The notes under the pieces are model-generated. The model was given only the letters and a program-made list of their open reading frames with translations, was not told the origin of the DNA and did no database searches. DNA of 64,000 nucleotides from Macrostomum lignano. Its lineage: Eukaryota. Below, piece after piece: positions 37,001 through 50,661 of this stretch (its first letter is position 1; every line of letters begins with the position of its first letter). The position numbers were made by a program, and so were the translations under genes. The DNA lies in assembly GCA_002269645.1 (NCBI GenBank), contig NIVC01000082.1, positions 1 to 64,000 of the forward strand. Direction: 5' to 3'.

Positions 37001-38551
37001 CGTCTCAGAAGTGACGCACTAGCGATTCTACAGTCACGCTTAAACTTCTTCTTCCGCGACTTTTTAGCGATTGGAGAACACCGTTGAAACTCTAAGTCAT
37101 CAAACGACGCAAATGCGCTTCAAACACAACTCAGTGACTACTCTACAGAGACTTTAGCACGCCTCAAATTCGATTCCAGAGTCGTTTCAGAGTCGCAGCC
37201 AATAAAACGATTCAAAGTGATTCTTAGATTACTCTTTGACGACTTTTTTGCCACTTGTACCGTGACATCTTGTCGTTTTTGATTCGTTTAGAGTCACTTC
37301 TTTCCTAATTTACCTGTGTCATTTGCAATGACTCTGAAACGACTCTAGGGCGACGCAAGTGACTCTGGGACGCTTCTTGGCTTAGGTACCGTTTCCATTG
37401 GGTAAACTCGATGAATTTTTTCGTCAGTTTGTAGAAGACCAGTCGTGCTATTGCGATGGCTCAATTGATGGCGACGTGAACAGAAATTATAAAAGGGTAA
37501 ACTTAGTATTGACATTTCCACAAGGCCACTTGGGCATGCCACATCTACTAAGCATCTTACCAGTGGCAGCTTAGCAGACGCTGCCCGTTTCAACTGCGCA
37601 GCTTCATCCTGCGTTGGCATAGCAACGGCTAGAAGCTGCTGACACAGGTGTCCGGACAGGCAGTTCTCAGCGTCCATGCTGGCCACAGCTTCGATCAATT
37701 TTTGATCGTCAATCTGCGACATTCGCAAGCTCTGCAACAAAATCTCCAAGGCTTTCCGCCGTTCCGGACTCAGAATCTTCGCGTAGGAAGTTGACGAACG
37801 CTGGCTTAAATGCTGGCTGGTTGCGGGCGGCTGGTTGTCAGTCATCCGCTGGTGCAATAGGGAAAGCTGGCCCTGCTGTCCATCTGCCGACAGCTTATTT
37901 TCGCCGTCCGCCAAGTCGTCCGAGGCTGTCGGCTTGTCGCCGAATGCTCGCTCAATATCGCGCAGATTGATCTCGGAGATGGCCTGTTGATTGATTGATT
38001 GATTGATTTATTGACTGATTGATTGACTGACAATTAGTTGTTTGATTTTTTGCTTAATTATGCAATAGTTGATTAGTTGATTGATCGATCGAATGATTGA
38101 TTAATTGTCTTATTGATTATTTGATTGACTGACTGATTGACTGACTGATTAACAATTGATTGATTGACTTATTGAATAATTGATTGACTGACTGATTGAT
38201 TGACTGATTGATTGATTGATTGATTTATGTGTGACTGAAAGATTTATTTTTTTATTCGCAGATTGATTGAATTGATTGTTTGGTTAATTGATCGCAAAAT
38301 TTTACTTATTGAGGCTCCTACTATGGAAACCATAGAAAACCGTACACCTAAAAACCAAGCACGAAACAGAAGACAAGAGTACACAGTTTGCCACTTTAGC
38401 GTCACCTGCTCAACGCTGACCCGAGACCACAGGCTGTCTGAGCCAGGCTCCGACTGCAGCAGCGGTGCGTGAAATCGGCGAACTCGGACACGAGGCCTGG
38501 CGAATTTCGGGGCCGCAGTGCCGGAGGCTGGCGGACCGCCCGGTGGCGGCG

Positions 38552-38582
<31 letters not shown>

Positions 38583-41500
38583 TGGCGGCGGTGGAGCTGG
38601 AGGCGGTGCTGGCGGAGGTGCCGGAGGAGCTGACGAAGAAGTCGCATCGGTTTTGTCTAAAAGTTGAATTTGTTTAAATAACGCTGCGATGTTCAGTTTT
38701 GACACCAGAAGCGGTAATTTTTCAAGGTCTTTGTCTTTACTGTCGGTCTAGACCTCCTGACCCCGACGCTTGACATTCTGCGCTTGACCCTTTCCCTAGA
38801 CAGTCAGTCTTTGACCACGCCTCCAGTAAGTTCGACCATGATACCGACCCTAGACAGTCCTCCGACCTTGACCCCGACCCTAGACAGTCCTCCGGACTTA
38901 GCCCAGACCCTAGACAGTCCTCCGGCCTTGACCCCGACCCTAGACAGTCCTCCGGACTTAGCTCAAACCCTAGACAGTCCTCCGGATTTAGCCCAGACCC
39001 TAGACAGTCCTCCGACCTTGACCCCGACCCTAGAAGTCCTCCGGACTTAGCCCAGACCCTAGACAGTCCTCCAACCTTGACCCCGACCCTAGACAGTCCT
39101 CCGGACTTAGCCCAGACCCTAGACAGTCCTCCAACCTTGACCCCGACCCTAGACAGTCCTTCGGACTTAGCCCAGACCCTAGACAGTCCTCCGGCCTTGA
39201 CCCCGACCCTAGACAGTCCTCCGGACTTAGCCCAGACCCTAGACAGTCCTCCGACCTTGACCCCGACCCTAGACAGTCCTCCGGACTTAGCCCAGACCCT
39301 AGACAGTCCTCCGACCTTGACCCCGACCCTAGACAGTCCTCCGGACTTAGCCCAGACCCTAGACAGTCCTCCGACCTTGACCCCGACCCTAGACAGTCCT
39401 CCAACCTTGACCCCAACCCTAGATAGTCCGCTCGTAATCCACTTTCAATCACCTTTAGTCACCATGCGTGACTCCAGTAGCTTCACTGTTTCCCTCAGCC
39501 GGTCAATCTCCATGGCTTGCGCTTCCAACAGCTGATCCTTTCCGGCCAGCGATCGCTTTCCAGCTTCCAGATCTTCCTGCATCAGCTGACCCCGGTGTCG
39601 AAGCTCGTCGATCTGCTCTGACAGCTTGCCACGTTCCGTCTCCAGCTCCTCGAGTCGGCGCTCTACCCGATTTACGCATAAACCAGGCAGCAGACGAATC
39701 GTTGAGTCATTTTCATCGATGATTCCGTCAACTTCGTCGACATCGACAACATCAGGATAGTCAATGTCAGCTGCAGGCTGTTGGCACAGTTGCTCCATCA
39801 TGAGGGCGGCCAGTCGAAGCCGTGCTTGCCGCCTCTCGGCCAGCATCAGGCCGCAACTCTCCAGCATCGCGCGTCCATGACAACCGTCGTCAAGCATCTC
39901 TATGGTAGAGGCGAGATCGTTCGAATCTGGCGCCGACTCCGACAGCCAGGCGGCCATCTCGGCGGCGTCGTCGGCTGCCAGACTGCGAAACGCGTCGCAC
40001 TGGCGAGCGAAATTCGGCGCCTGACGATGTGGCGACTCCGCCAGCAGCTGGTCGATGCCCCAGCGGCGCAGGTCGGCGCGGAGCAGCAATCGTCGACGCA
40101 GCTGACTTTGACGCAGATGCTGATCGACTGACCGATCGCTAGAAGCGCGGAGGAGCGTTGTCTGATGAGTCGGTGGCGCACAGTGCAGCAGGGCGTTGAT
40201 CAGCGCCAGCAGGGACACTGCAAGGTCAACGCTGACCGCCCAGGCCAGCTCGCGAACCAGCAAGTGAAATCGTCGACCACCAGCGATAGCTTGTCGATCA
40301 AAGGCTCGCATGACCCGATGCCAGCCGGGGCCCAAAGCTAGCACGGCTAGCATGTTGCTAGCGTACAGCTTGGCGTGGCTGTTCACTTTGGTTACTAGGG
40401 CGCCTAGCAACGAGTCGGCTAAGCTGGGATGCTCGGAAACTGCGTCTCTGCCTAACTGGCTGTTCATAGCGCAGTAGAGGCAGCGCAGGAGGCTCACCGC
40501 TATCGCATCATCGTAGCTGTCTATGGCCAGCACCTCGGCTAGGGCGTCCAGGCCGCCGCCGTCTAGGAAAGCGCGAACGAAGCTGATTGGCTGAGAGCGG
40601 AGCGAAGCTGCCAAGCCGTCCAATAGGCGAGCGGGAGAGTCGTCTACAACCATGCGCTGTAGGTTATGGGGGTTGGGGAGGGGGGAGGGTGTGCAGCTGA
40701 TTTCTGATTGGCTGAGAATACGAGCAAATACATTTTCCTATTTTATCACAGCCTCAGTCCTGTTTCCCATGAAAATTCTTACCTGTGACATCAGCTTCAA
40801 ATAGTAAAGATAGACTGACAGCTGGTTCTTGTTTTCGCTGTTAGAATTGTCCTAAAATAGTGAAAAATTAAATCAGAAAAACACAACTTCATCATTTTGG
40901 GTAAATAAAATGCAAAGCTTACTACTGTTAGACTCGTTAATCAGTAGGTAAGTTCGCGCATTATTGCAGCACTGTGACCGTATAATGTTGCGAACTGTTA
41001 TTGAAGTCGCTAAGGGCGCACACTCGAAAAATGCAATTGATCAGAGGAATGAAAAATGAGCCGAAAAAAGCGTATTCGCAGGTTTGGTAATGCGTTAATT
41101 GCTCTCGCACTGCCTACTTAATCTACTTGATTGCGCCGCCATTGCAAAAAAGAGTTATTGAAGTTGATTTACCAAATAACTGATCCGGAATGTGTTTCAA
41201 CTCCGTGAAATTTGGCTAAAATTTGATAGAAATGTTTCGATTGGGGATTTTTGGAGTATTTTACCAATATCAGGACGGACAGGTAACTACTAATAAATAA
41301 CGGTGCGTTCTAAAAGTGCTAATAGATGCATTTGAAATTGATTCCGGTTCCGGATTTGGAATGGGCCCATGAGGGCCAACCCGCATGGCTCACGGAGAGT
41401 GTACATGTCTGACGAATTAGAAAGTCAGGGGCAGCTGTACACCTTTAACAAAATGTCCAGGGCACATGTTAGCCTGTCCTTTATTAGCCAGCTCTGTCCC

Positions 41501-44500
41501 CACTGGCACTTGACGCCTCTCTCACTTTGACTGCCTGTCAACCCCTATATAGTGTGTTGCAATCAGTCAGAAGTAACACTATATACATATTTACAAGGTA
41601 CAAGCGGTGCTTATAAAACAGTGTTCAATGCCGAAGCCATTCCTCTTGGTCGAATATATAAATAGGTGAAAAAGATTGTAACTACGTGTAGCTACATGTA
41701 ACTCCATTTGGGTTCCAGTTGGTTTTTATGTCTGTGCGTTATTTATTATTTGCCTTTGTATAAGCTTTCCGCTAGGTGTGAAGCAACTTATAACAGCCGC
41801 TTATATTGTAATAGAACTAGCTATACGCGTTCTAAGCCGCGATTAACTTACGGAAATAAACTTGTTTAGCAAATTTACACAAGCACAGCTAATTATTCAA
41901 TGCTTTTATGATCCAAATAAAAAACAAGTTGTTAGGGGCCAAAAGGTTAGTCATAACAAAGGATCATGAGTTGGGATCATGGGTTGGGATCATCGGTTGG
42001 GATAATGTGTTGGGATCATGTGTTGGGATCATGAGTTGGGATTATGGGTTTGGAATCATGAGTTGGGATCATGAGTTGGGATTATGGGTTTGGAATCATG
42101 AGTTGGGATCATGAGTTGGGATTATGAGTTGGGATTATGAGTTGGAATCATGAGTTGGGATCATGGATTTGGGATCATGAGTTGGGATCATGAGTTGGGA
42201 TCATGAGTTGGAATCATGAGTTGGAATCATGAGTTGGGATCATGGATTTGGGATCATGAGTTGGGATCATGAGTTGGGATCATGAGTTGGAATCATGAGT
42301 TGGGATCATGGATTTGGGATCATGAGTTGGGATCATGAGTTCGGATCATGGGTTGGGATCATCGGTTGGGATAATGTGTTGGGATCATGTGTTGGGATCA
42401 AGAGTTGGGATTATGGGTTTGGAATCATGAGTTGGGATCATGAGTTGGGATTATGGGTTTGGAATCATGAGTTGGGATCATGAGTTGGGATTATGAGTTG
42501 GGATTATGAGTTGGAATCATGAGTTGGGATCATGGATTTGGGATCATGAGTTGGGATCATGAGTTGGGATCATGAGTTGGGATCATGAGTTGGGATCATG
42601 GATTTGGGATCATGAGTTGGGATCATGAGTTGGGATCATGAGTTGGGATCATGAGTTGGAATCATGAGTTGGGATCATGGATTTGGGATCATGAGTTGGG
42701 ATCATGAGTTGGGATCATGAGTTGGGATCATGAGTTGGTATCATGGGTTTGGGATCATGAATTGGAATCATGAGTTGGGATCAGCGAAATGGTAATTTAC
42801 GAGCTGCATTTTGTTCAGGTTGAAAAGGCAGCGTTGATTCTTCGAAATCGAAGAAAGCTAATTATCTAATGAACTAATTACCTCGGCAGTGTTTAGGGTC
42901 GGTCTTTTTCACTAGAAACCAGAAGCAAAAAAGTATAACCCGCATCTAAACTTGTTTTGTCAACATGACTGTTCCAATATCAACTTTCTCAGGGTTTTTC
43001 GAGTTACCTGGACAAAATCTGCATAATAGAATGCACAAATTAACAAATTCTATGCACTAAGTATACTGTACTGCAGTAAAACAGACAGGTCACTGGGGTC
43101 GATCAAATTAAGACGGCCCTTTGTCCAGTCCGAAATAGAATCGTGTTTTTTGTTTAGTTAAGGATTTCGTTTAAAAAAATTAAATTCGCAGTTACGACAA
43201 AATACAAAAAATATTACTGTAGAATGAAACTTTAAATTCCAATATACTAATGGGATTTCACTAGCGCGGATTTTTTTCGAATTCGTCAATGGCGAGACCC
43301 CATATTGCGCTATGCGTTCTCTAATTGAGCATACTACTCGTAAATCCACATTTGCGTGCAACAAATAAATGAATTTTACAATGTTCCGTTGCATTACGAG
43401 TACATGTAAATGGGGTTCTGCCATAGACCATGCTCGGGTTGACCGGTGCGTTGCAGTCTAGGCCAGCCCCCCATCCCAGTCTAGACCAACACCCCACCCC
43501 AGTCTAGACCAATACCCCACCCCAGTCTAGGCCACCCCCATCCCAGTCTAGGCCAGCCCCCATCCCAGTCTAGACCAATACCCACCCCAGTCTAGGCCAA
43601 TACCCCACCCCAGTCTAGGCCAGCCCCCACCCCAGTCTAGACCAATACCTCACCCCAGTCTAGACCAACACCCCACCCCAGTCTAGACCAATACCCCATC
43701 CCAGTCTAGGCCAGCCCCCATCCCAGTCTAGACCAATACCCCACCCCAGTCTAGGCCAATACCCCACCCCAGTCTAGGCCAGCCCCCACCCCAGTCTAGA
43801 CCAATACCTCACCCCAGTCTAGACCAACACCCCACCCCAGTCTAGACCAATACCCCACCCCAGTCTAGGCCACCCCCACCCCAGTCTAGACCAATACCCC
43901 ACCCCAGTCTAGGCCAATACCCCACCCCAGTCTAGGCCACCCCCCACCCCAGTCTAGGCCACCCCCACCCCAGTCTAGACCAATACCCCACCCCAGTCTA
44001 GGCCAGCCCCCACCCCAGTCTAGGCCAGCCCCCACCCCAGTCTAGGCCAGCCCCCCACCCCAGTCTAGGCCAGCCCTCATCCCAGTCTAGGCCAGCCCCC
44101 ACCCCAGTCTAGGCCAGCCCCCCACCCCAGTCTAGGCCAGCCCCCATCCCAGTCTAGGCCAGCCCCCCCATCCCAGTCTAGGCCAGCCCCCCACCCCAGT
44201 CTAGGCCAGCCCCCATCCCAGCATAGACCAGCACCCCACCCAGTATAAACCAGCCCCCACCCAGTCTGTTTGGGGTATACAGTATTCTCTCCACCAGCCA
44301 ATCAGAATACATCGCTAAATCAGTGCGCAGCAATCAGTGTGTGTGTGTGTGTGTGTGTGTCGGCAGTTTTCTCGTCACTGTTTAAGCTAAATCACGTGAC
44401 TTTGTTTAGCTGGAGATTAACAAGCAACTTTGTTCTATTTCAACTATAGCCATGAACTTCTGATCGACAGTTATATAAAATTGAGTGTGAAAGGCGCTCA

Positions 44501-46382
44501 ATAGTACTTGAGAAACGCTTAAATGCGATTTACTTATAAAGATTAAATTCAAAAAAATCTTTGCTCCGTTTCTTCTTGTTCTGTTGCTTTCAACTTTCTT
44601 CCTCAAGTCAGTCAGTCAATAGTCTGGCATTACTGTACGTAACCCAGCCCCAAAAGGGCTTGCTTGAGTATTTCGCGGTTTTAACAATAACGGAAAGCAT
44701 ATATTGAAGCGTTGGTCAAGAATGCCAATGGGAAGGCATACTCAACTATATAGCTATTGTTTAAGTTTGCTCCATTTTTTAGATTGTTCCCTCACACGAC
44801 TATATGCTGCTGCTGCTTTAGCCAGGGAGAAAAATATGCATGGCTGAGACGTGGAAGGGAGGATAGTGGGGGAGAGGGAGGGGGGAGTAGCTGAGTACAG
44901 TCACGCTGCAAATGTGCAGAGGATCTGGCAATATGCATATTTATGCTCCATGCACTATGATTTTGTCCGCCCCGACCTCATCCCCCAGTGCAGAGGGCGA
45001 CGAGAGGGAGTAGAATTGGGGGGAGGCAACGCCCAAAGGATTATACGTAATTGACAAAATCCAAATTGCACACAAAAGCTAAGAAACCTAAGCTTACACT
45101 TGGCTGTCAATATGGTTGCAGATTTAATCCATGCAGGATTAAAGCTTAATGCACCAGCTGTTGCTTGACAATTTTTATTCGGTATCAAACTTTTAGTTTT
45201 GGCGTCAACTCTAGCCAAAAAATATAGATTTTTGATTTGTTAGAAGCAGCTTTGGCAGGGATTAGAGTTGGGTACATTGCAGGTATGGGCCTTATTTGGT
45301 AATCCGGGATGAGCTTAGGAGATAAGGATTTTTTCTGGCCTCATCCAAAAAGCAGTTTAGAAAATATTCAGTTCGTGTTTCTAAAAATAGCAACATACCG
45401 GTATGTCCGCTTGTCAGGTAAGACAAGCACAACTAAAACACCGAAATTGTGGATGAAAGTAACTAATTTAGCAGTTGTATTTGGAGTAGATGGAACGTAT
45501 TGATTGATTGACAGGTTCAACCAATTATTGCGTTGGCTTTTCTTTTGAGATGGCTTTCTTTTAATTGTTTGAAAGTTGCTTCTAGTAGTACGTACATAAA
45601 TACCGTCTTTTACACGGAATTATAGATCATGCGATCCATGCACTAAGGTCCCGAGTTGGTATCATGAGTTGTGTCGAGGATCATGAGTTGTGAGGATCAT
45701 GAGTTGTGAGGATCATGAGTTGTGATCATGAGTTGGGATCATGAGTTGTGAGGATCATGAGTTGTGAGGATCATGAGTTGTGAGGATCATGAGTTGGGAT
45801 CATGAGTTGAGATCATGAGTTTTGAAGATTATGAGTGATGAGAATCATGGGTTTTGAGGATCATGAGCTGTGAGGATTGTAAGTTGGGATCATGAGTTGG
45901 GATCATGAGTTGGGATCATGAGTTAGGACAATGATTTTATTCCCAATCTGGCACACACACTAAGAGCTACTCACATTAGCCTGATATACAACATAAAGCT
46001 GCCATTTTTTCTCCAACGGTAGAGAGGCCGCCTTTTCCTTGGCTTCGGCACTGTCAAACAGATCGTCCTTGATTGGAAAAATTTTCGTTCTTATTGTTTT
46101 AATCTGTTTTTTAATCAACTGTAGGTTTCAATATTCGACACAACTCACAATGATTTCATTGAAGCATCTATCGACTTCTTCTTCGGACTCCGGTCGCACC
46201 AGATCATCTGGATTGGCTAAATTAAGGCCGCCGATTTGGGAATTGGACTTGAAATGCTTATGCAGCTGTTGTTGAGAGTGAACAATGTCCTCATCGGGGG
46301 CATTCGAGCTGGTCGACGGCTTCTGACCAGCGCCGCCGACACCAAGGCAGCAGCGTGGAAGACAGTTGCGCAACTTTGACGG
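34043..46382 (-). CDS. DAAM: DAAM-type diaphanous-related formin (GBD/FH3, coiled coil, FH1, divergent FH2, poly-Q, DAD), ~1070 aa
   Basis: Exons 46382-46149, 46067-45975, 40851-40783, 40656-39453, 38656-38406, 37983-37561, 35912-35508, 35290-35112 and 34400-34043, all GT-AG and phase-consistent. Motifs: PRCCLG, SLPLEKKWQLY, SLRSQPISFVRAFLDGGGLDAL, poly-Pro FH1, and DAD GEMDDLISALQSGNIF. The start codon was not found. Confidence 0.88.
37985..38240. repeat. (ATTG/ACTG)n microsatellite in formin intron 5
   Basis: Direct observation; runs up to the acceptor at 37984. Confidence 0.9.
38790..39430. repeat. 30-bp minisatellite with alternating A/B units (60-bp higher order) in formin intron 4
   Basis: GACCCTAGACAGTCCTCCGGACTTAGCCCA alternates with GACCCTAGACAGTCCTCCGACCTTGACCCC. 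Confidence 0.93.
41955..42782. repeat. 13-bp minisatellite (GGGATCATGAGTT) in formin intron 2
   Basis: Tandem units with an internal ~390-bp duplicated block. Confidence 0.95.
43455..44265. repeat. 22-23-bp C-rich minisatellite (CCCCAGTCTAGGCCAGCCCCCA) in formin intron 2
   Basis: Direct observation. Confidence 0.95.
45655..45925. repeat. 13/16-bp GGATCATGAGTT array, same family as 41955-42782
   Basis: Shared core GATCATGAGTT. Confidence 0.9.
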
Positions 46383-48680
46383 CTGAATGTTTCATTTATG
46401 GCATTCAATAAAGTAGCTGAATCTGATAAAGCACCATAAATTTAGACAAAATTATATGGCAAAGTTTATTTGTTAGCTTAAAGTTTCCTCAATGTTCTAT
46501 AAGGATTTATTTCGCGGTTTGAATGAATTCATAAAATTTTAGTCATTAAAATAGTTTTTTTCAGAAGCAAAGAAACTAAGTGGTAATCGTAAAGCCATTT
46601 ACTAAATTTTGACAGACACAGTGCAGTAATATTTTTTATTGTTTGCAAGAGAACAGTTGCTTGAATGAATGAAATTAAAAAAATATTAACTAGGAAATAT
46701 AAAAACAAAATAAGCATAAAAACGAATTTCTAGTTCAGAATAGCATAAGGACAAATTATTTTTTTTCGACAACTATCTATCCAATTAACAATAAAGACTG
46801 CTACTAAGCTGTCACTTTCTTTACCTAATTCTGTATAATGTATGGTTTAAAAATATGTATTAAAACGGTCTATCGGTAAAAAAGAATTGATATTATTGAT
46901 AGGATTTCAGCTCAAAGATTTTTTGTTTTTAAATGTGACAAAAACAGAAAAAAATATTCGACACTGAATTTTATATCGATCGTTTCCTTGAATTATCAAT
47001 TTTCAAATTAAGAATGAATGCTTCCCAAGTTTTTAATTTCGTGGGTTTGAATTATAAAATTTATCACAGAAAACTTTTTAAAAAGCAATTTAAGCAATAG
47101 ATATCAACTAATATAGTCTTATATCGAGTTTTGGGGCCTTTTTCTTTGTGTCTGTTGTTTTAACAGGTCACTTTTGAGCAGCATTGGTTCAAAATGCCTC
47201 TCAACAAGCAATTTCTTAAAAGTAATATTGATGAGATAAGTACGATACGAATCGATAGACGATAGTACAGTACTGTACTAAATCATGATCCGGTATGAAA
47301 GACCTGAAAGGGTTCAAGCAAAATATTTAGGCCTATTAGTTTTTCTTTGACTAGCCATAAATGGTTTTATAAATGATAAATGAATAGGCCTAAATGATAT
47401 AAATGAAATGATAGATAGGCCCTAACCCCTAACATCTTTGAGCTAGGCCTAGGCCTAGGCCTACTTATTTAGCCGAAAATCTATGACTAAAACAATTTAA
47501 GTATAAAATTTCTAGTTGAGCGTAGGCTCTACTATAAGGCTACTGGATCCATTTACCTTTTAAAAGATCTTATTAATTGGTAAATAAAGGTAAAAGTAAA
47601 TATCAACATGAAATTAGTTTATTTATGTTGCTGATGCATTTCATCAATTGAGTTTTTAATTGATGGTTAATGGTTAATTGATGGAAATAAATAAATAACT
47701 AACTTCATGCTGATATTTACCTTTATTTATCTACTCTTCATTAAGTGAGCCACTTTATCTTATTAATTGGATAGTGATTCATAGGTATTAGGTATATAGT
47801 ATAGGGTTAACAATTGCCAATTGGTAATACAGTTTAAATAACTTTTGACTATCCTGTAGTTTTGAATGTTAAATTATTTCTATTGTATATTGATTTTGAT
47901 TATATTTTGTGATTAGATAACATATATCTAATATATGAATATATATACAAGCTATATATGACTATGTATAAATGGTTAAGATTTCTATTGAGACCATGGT
48001 CTAAACTATGCTATGCTGGATACCTTTTCTATGTTAGACTTTGCTAGACCAATTTTATATAATGATATAGATAGATATAATGTCAAATATATTATTAGAC
48101 TTAAAAAGTATAACCTATGCCCTATGGTATAAATATATGAATATGTGCATTTAATCTTTTGATAGGCCTACACAAATTCTTATAGCTTTGTCAAGAATAA
48201 AAAATAGTTGGATATTTGGTAATGATTATTAACAAAAATTTTCTATTTTCCATTTAGCGGAACGGCCGGAGGGAGAGAGCAAAGGCAAGGATTGGAGAGC
48301 ACAAGCAAAACATCCTACCACCCTGTATGGGCAACTTACAAGACACGAGTATATTTAGAAAGCATTTGAAAAAACTATTTGTATATATAAAAACTATTAA
48401 TGCATGCAAGCTGGCGAGGAGAGATAGGCTGAGGTGGGCATAACGCACGGGGCTAAAAAGGCCCCACAGACACCCACCCCCGCCCGGGGGCGGCGCACCC
48501 ACCCCCGGACCAAGCACCCCCAAACACGGGTGACGACAAGCCCCCTGGCCCCGCTAACAGCAATTGGCTAGCCAATCTACACTTAAAATTTAATCTTGGT
48601 ATACCACAATTTATGCTATCCAAATTAGCTAGGTTAGCTAGTAATTGTTTAGTATATATTTTATAAATCTAAATATATAT

Positions 48681-48982
48681 AAAGCATATGTAACTGCTAG
48701 CCAACCTGGCCAATCTAGCTATTATATTGTAAATTATAGTAGACTAAGGATAAATTGCTAAAATGCCTACCTAAAAGAATTAGATATAGAAATATGATAT
48801 ACTACTTATTAAATGATGAGGCAGGCATTTAGCCTAAATAAGATAATCATAGTTACTCTTGCCATTTACCTACAATTGTATTAATTATTGCTTTAGGGTT
48901 TTTTATAGGTAAGTTCAAGTTGCATTGTTAGTCAAAAAGTAAGTCATATAACAAATATAAATCAGGGGGTTGTGCATATATA
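48681..48982 (+). mobile_element. Old, heavily mutated copy of the 24191-24488 MITE
   Basis: Collinear blocks ATAGTTACTCTTGCCATTTACC, TTAATT..TTGCTTTA.GGTTTTTTA, AAGTCA and GGTTGTGCATATA. Confidence 0.75.
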
Positions 48983-49424
48983 TTATATGTATTTATCCTA
49001 TTATAGCCAATGTTATTATATATCAAAATAACTTTTTTTAGAATGCTTGTGTTTTATAAAGGCACTAGCCACTAGTAGAAAAAAAACTATATTACTTTTA
49101 TTAAACCATGCTATACTATTATTTGGCCTACTCTTTGCAATATTGTACTATACTATTTTTTGCTTTTTTATATCATGTTACTTTTTGCTATACTTTCCTA
49201 TATTATCATATTGACTAAAACAATGTTGTATCTTTGCACCAGGTATACTATTTTAGCATTATAAATATCAGTAAGAACATTATTTAATCAGTAATTTCCC
49301 CATAAGGCTACAACAAAAATAGACTTGATATCATTACAAAATAGAAAGCAATTTAGTCAGTTTTGGAAAGCTTCAAATTCTTATATTAAGTAAGTATACT
49401 ATGATGCAAATGATTGCTTAAAAT

Positions 49425-49701
49425 CATACATGCCTAATGCTTGGCTGACCTATCCAATTTGGCTAGGTGGCAAAAGGTCTAGCCAGGTAAGTTGAAAAAT
49501 TGCTGACCTAAAAATATAGATATAGTATTAATTAGACTATAAGGCATTTAGCCCTAATAATATAGTCATATCATAGTTACCCTTGCCATTTACCCAAAAT
49601 TAGATTAATTTTCTTTAAAGGTTTATTTCATAAATAAGTCACATTTTTGGTCAAAAAGTAAGTTATATGGCTAGGTGAAATTTCAAAGTTGGGCATATTT
49701 G
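49425..49701 (+). mobile_element. Second old copy of the same MITE family
   Basis: Starts CATACATGCC; contains AGGCATTTAG, ATAGTTACCCTTGCCATTTACCCAAA and AAGTCACATTTTTG. Confidence 0.75.
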
Positions 49702-50661
49702 CTTTTATCTCTTATTTGTTTAATCAAACCAAATTTGTATTATAAAATGATATATAATACTATACAATAATTAAAATAATTATTTAAGTGGTTTTTTATT
49801 TTTATATAAAGTTTAAGCATACATTTTATTAAGCAAGGGCACTAATTTTGCAATAGTTTATTGCCACTTTAGGAAAAATCTATTTCTTGAGTCCTTGACC
49901 CCAGGTACTTAAAAGCTCCATTAGGCCCTTTGTATTATAAGCAAAAGTAGCTTGTATACATTATAACTTAAGCCCCTATCACTTTAATCACCCTATATAA
50001 TAATATTATTGAAAATATTGAAGTTTTGAAAATCTATTGCTTGAGTCCCCAACTCCAAGGACTTTATAGTTCCTCTTCCTCTTTTAAAAGCTTAAAAAAT
50101 TTTCAAATTTTCTTTATTTTTTATTGTTTTACCAATGAAGTCAAGGACTTCAAGGATCTTCTATTTTAAAAAATCTCAGCTATTGAATGGCCAATGTTAC
50201 TAGATATAGAAAGTATGTATTCCCATTACTATATCTGTATCTATATGCTTTGCCTAAAAACCTCTATATCCAGAACTCCAACTTTTATGTTATATTTACT
50301 ATGTACTTTAAAATACTTTAAAGAAGCTCATTAGCATTGAAAATTAGAATGAACCCATATAGGAAAAAACTTGTATTATAGCAGCTTGAGTTCCATTGTT
50401 GAAGTTATAGATATGGATGGTTTTTTAACAGAACAACATATGGATATATAATTAATAGAAATAGATTTAGGAATGCAGAGTTCCCATATTTGGTAACATT
50501 GACCATTCAGAAACTAAGAATAAAAAAGACAATAAAATAAATACCATTGGAGCTTTTGATTTCATGGGTGGAGTTGGGCAGAGCAATAAACATGAATCAA
50601 AATTGCCAGTTTTAAAGCTTTTGTATAAGGCAACTCCTAAGTCCCTGGGCTTGGGGAGTTG

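Noticed and set aside
38784-39535. (TPTLDSPPDLAQ)n and (GLSPEDCLGS)n ORFs
   Set aside because: Intronic 30-bp array, broken by a frameshifted unit and bounded by good formin splice sites.
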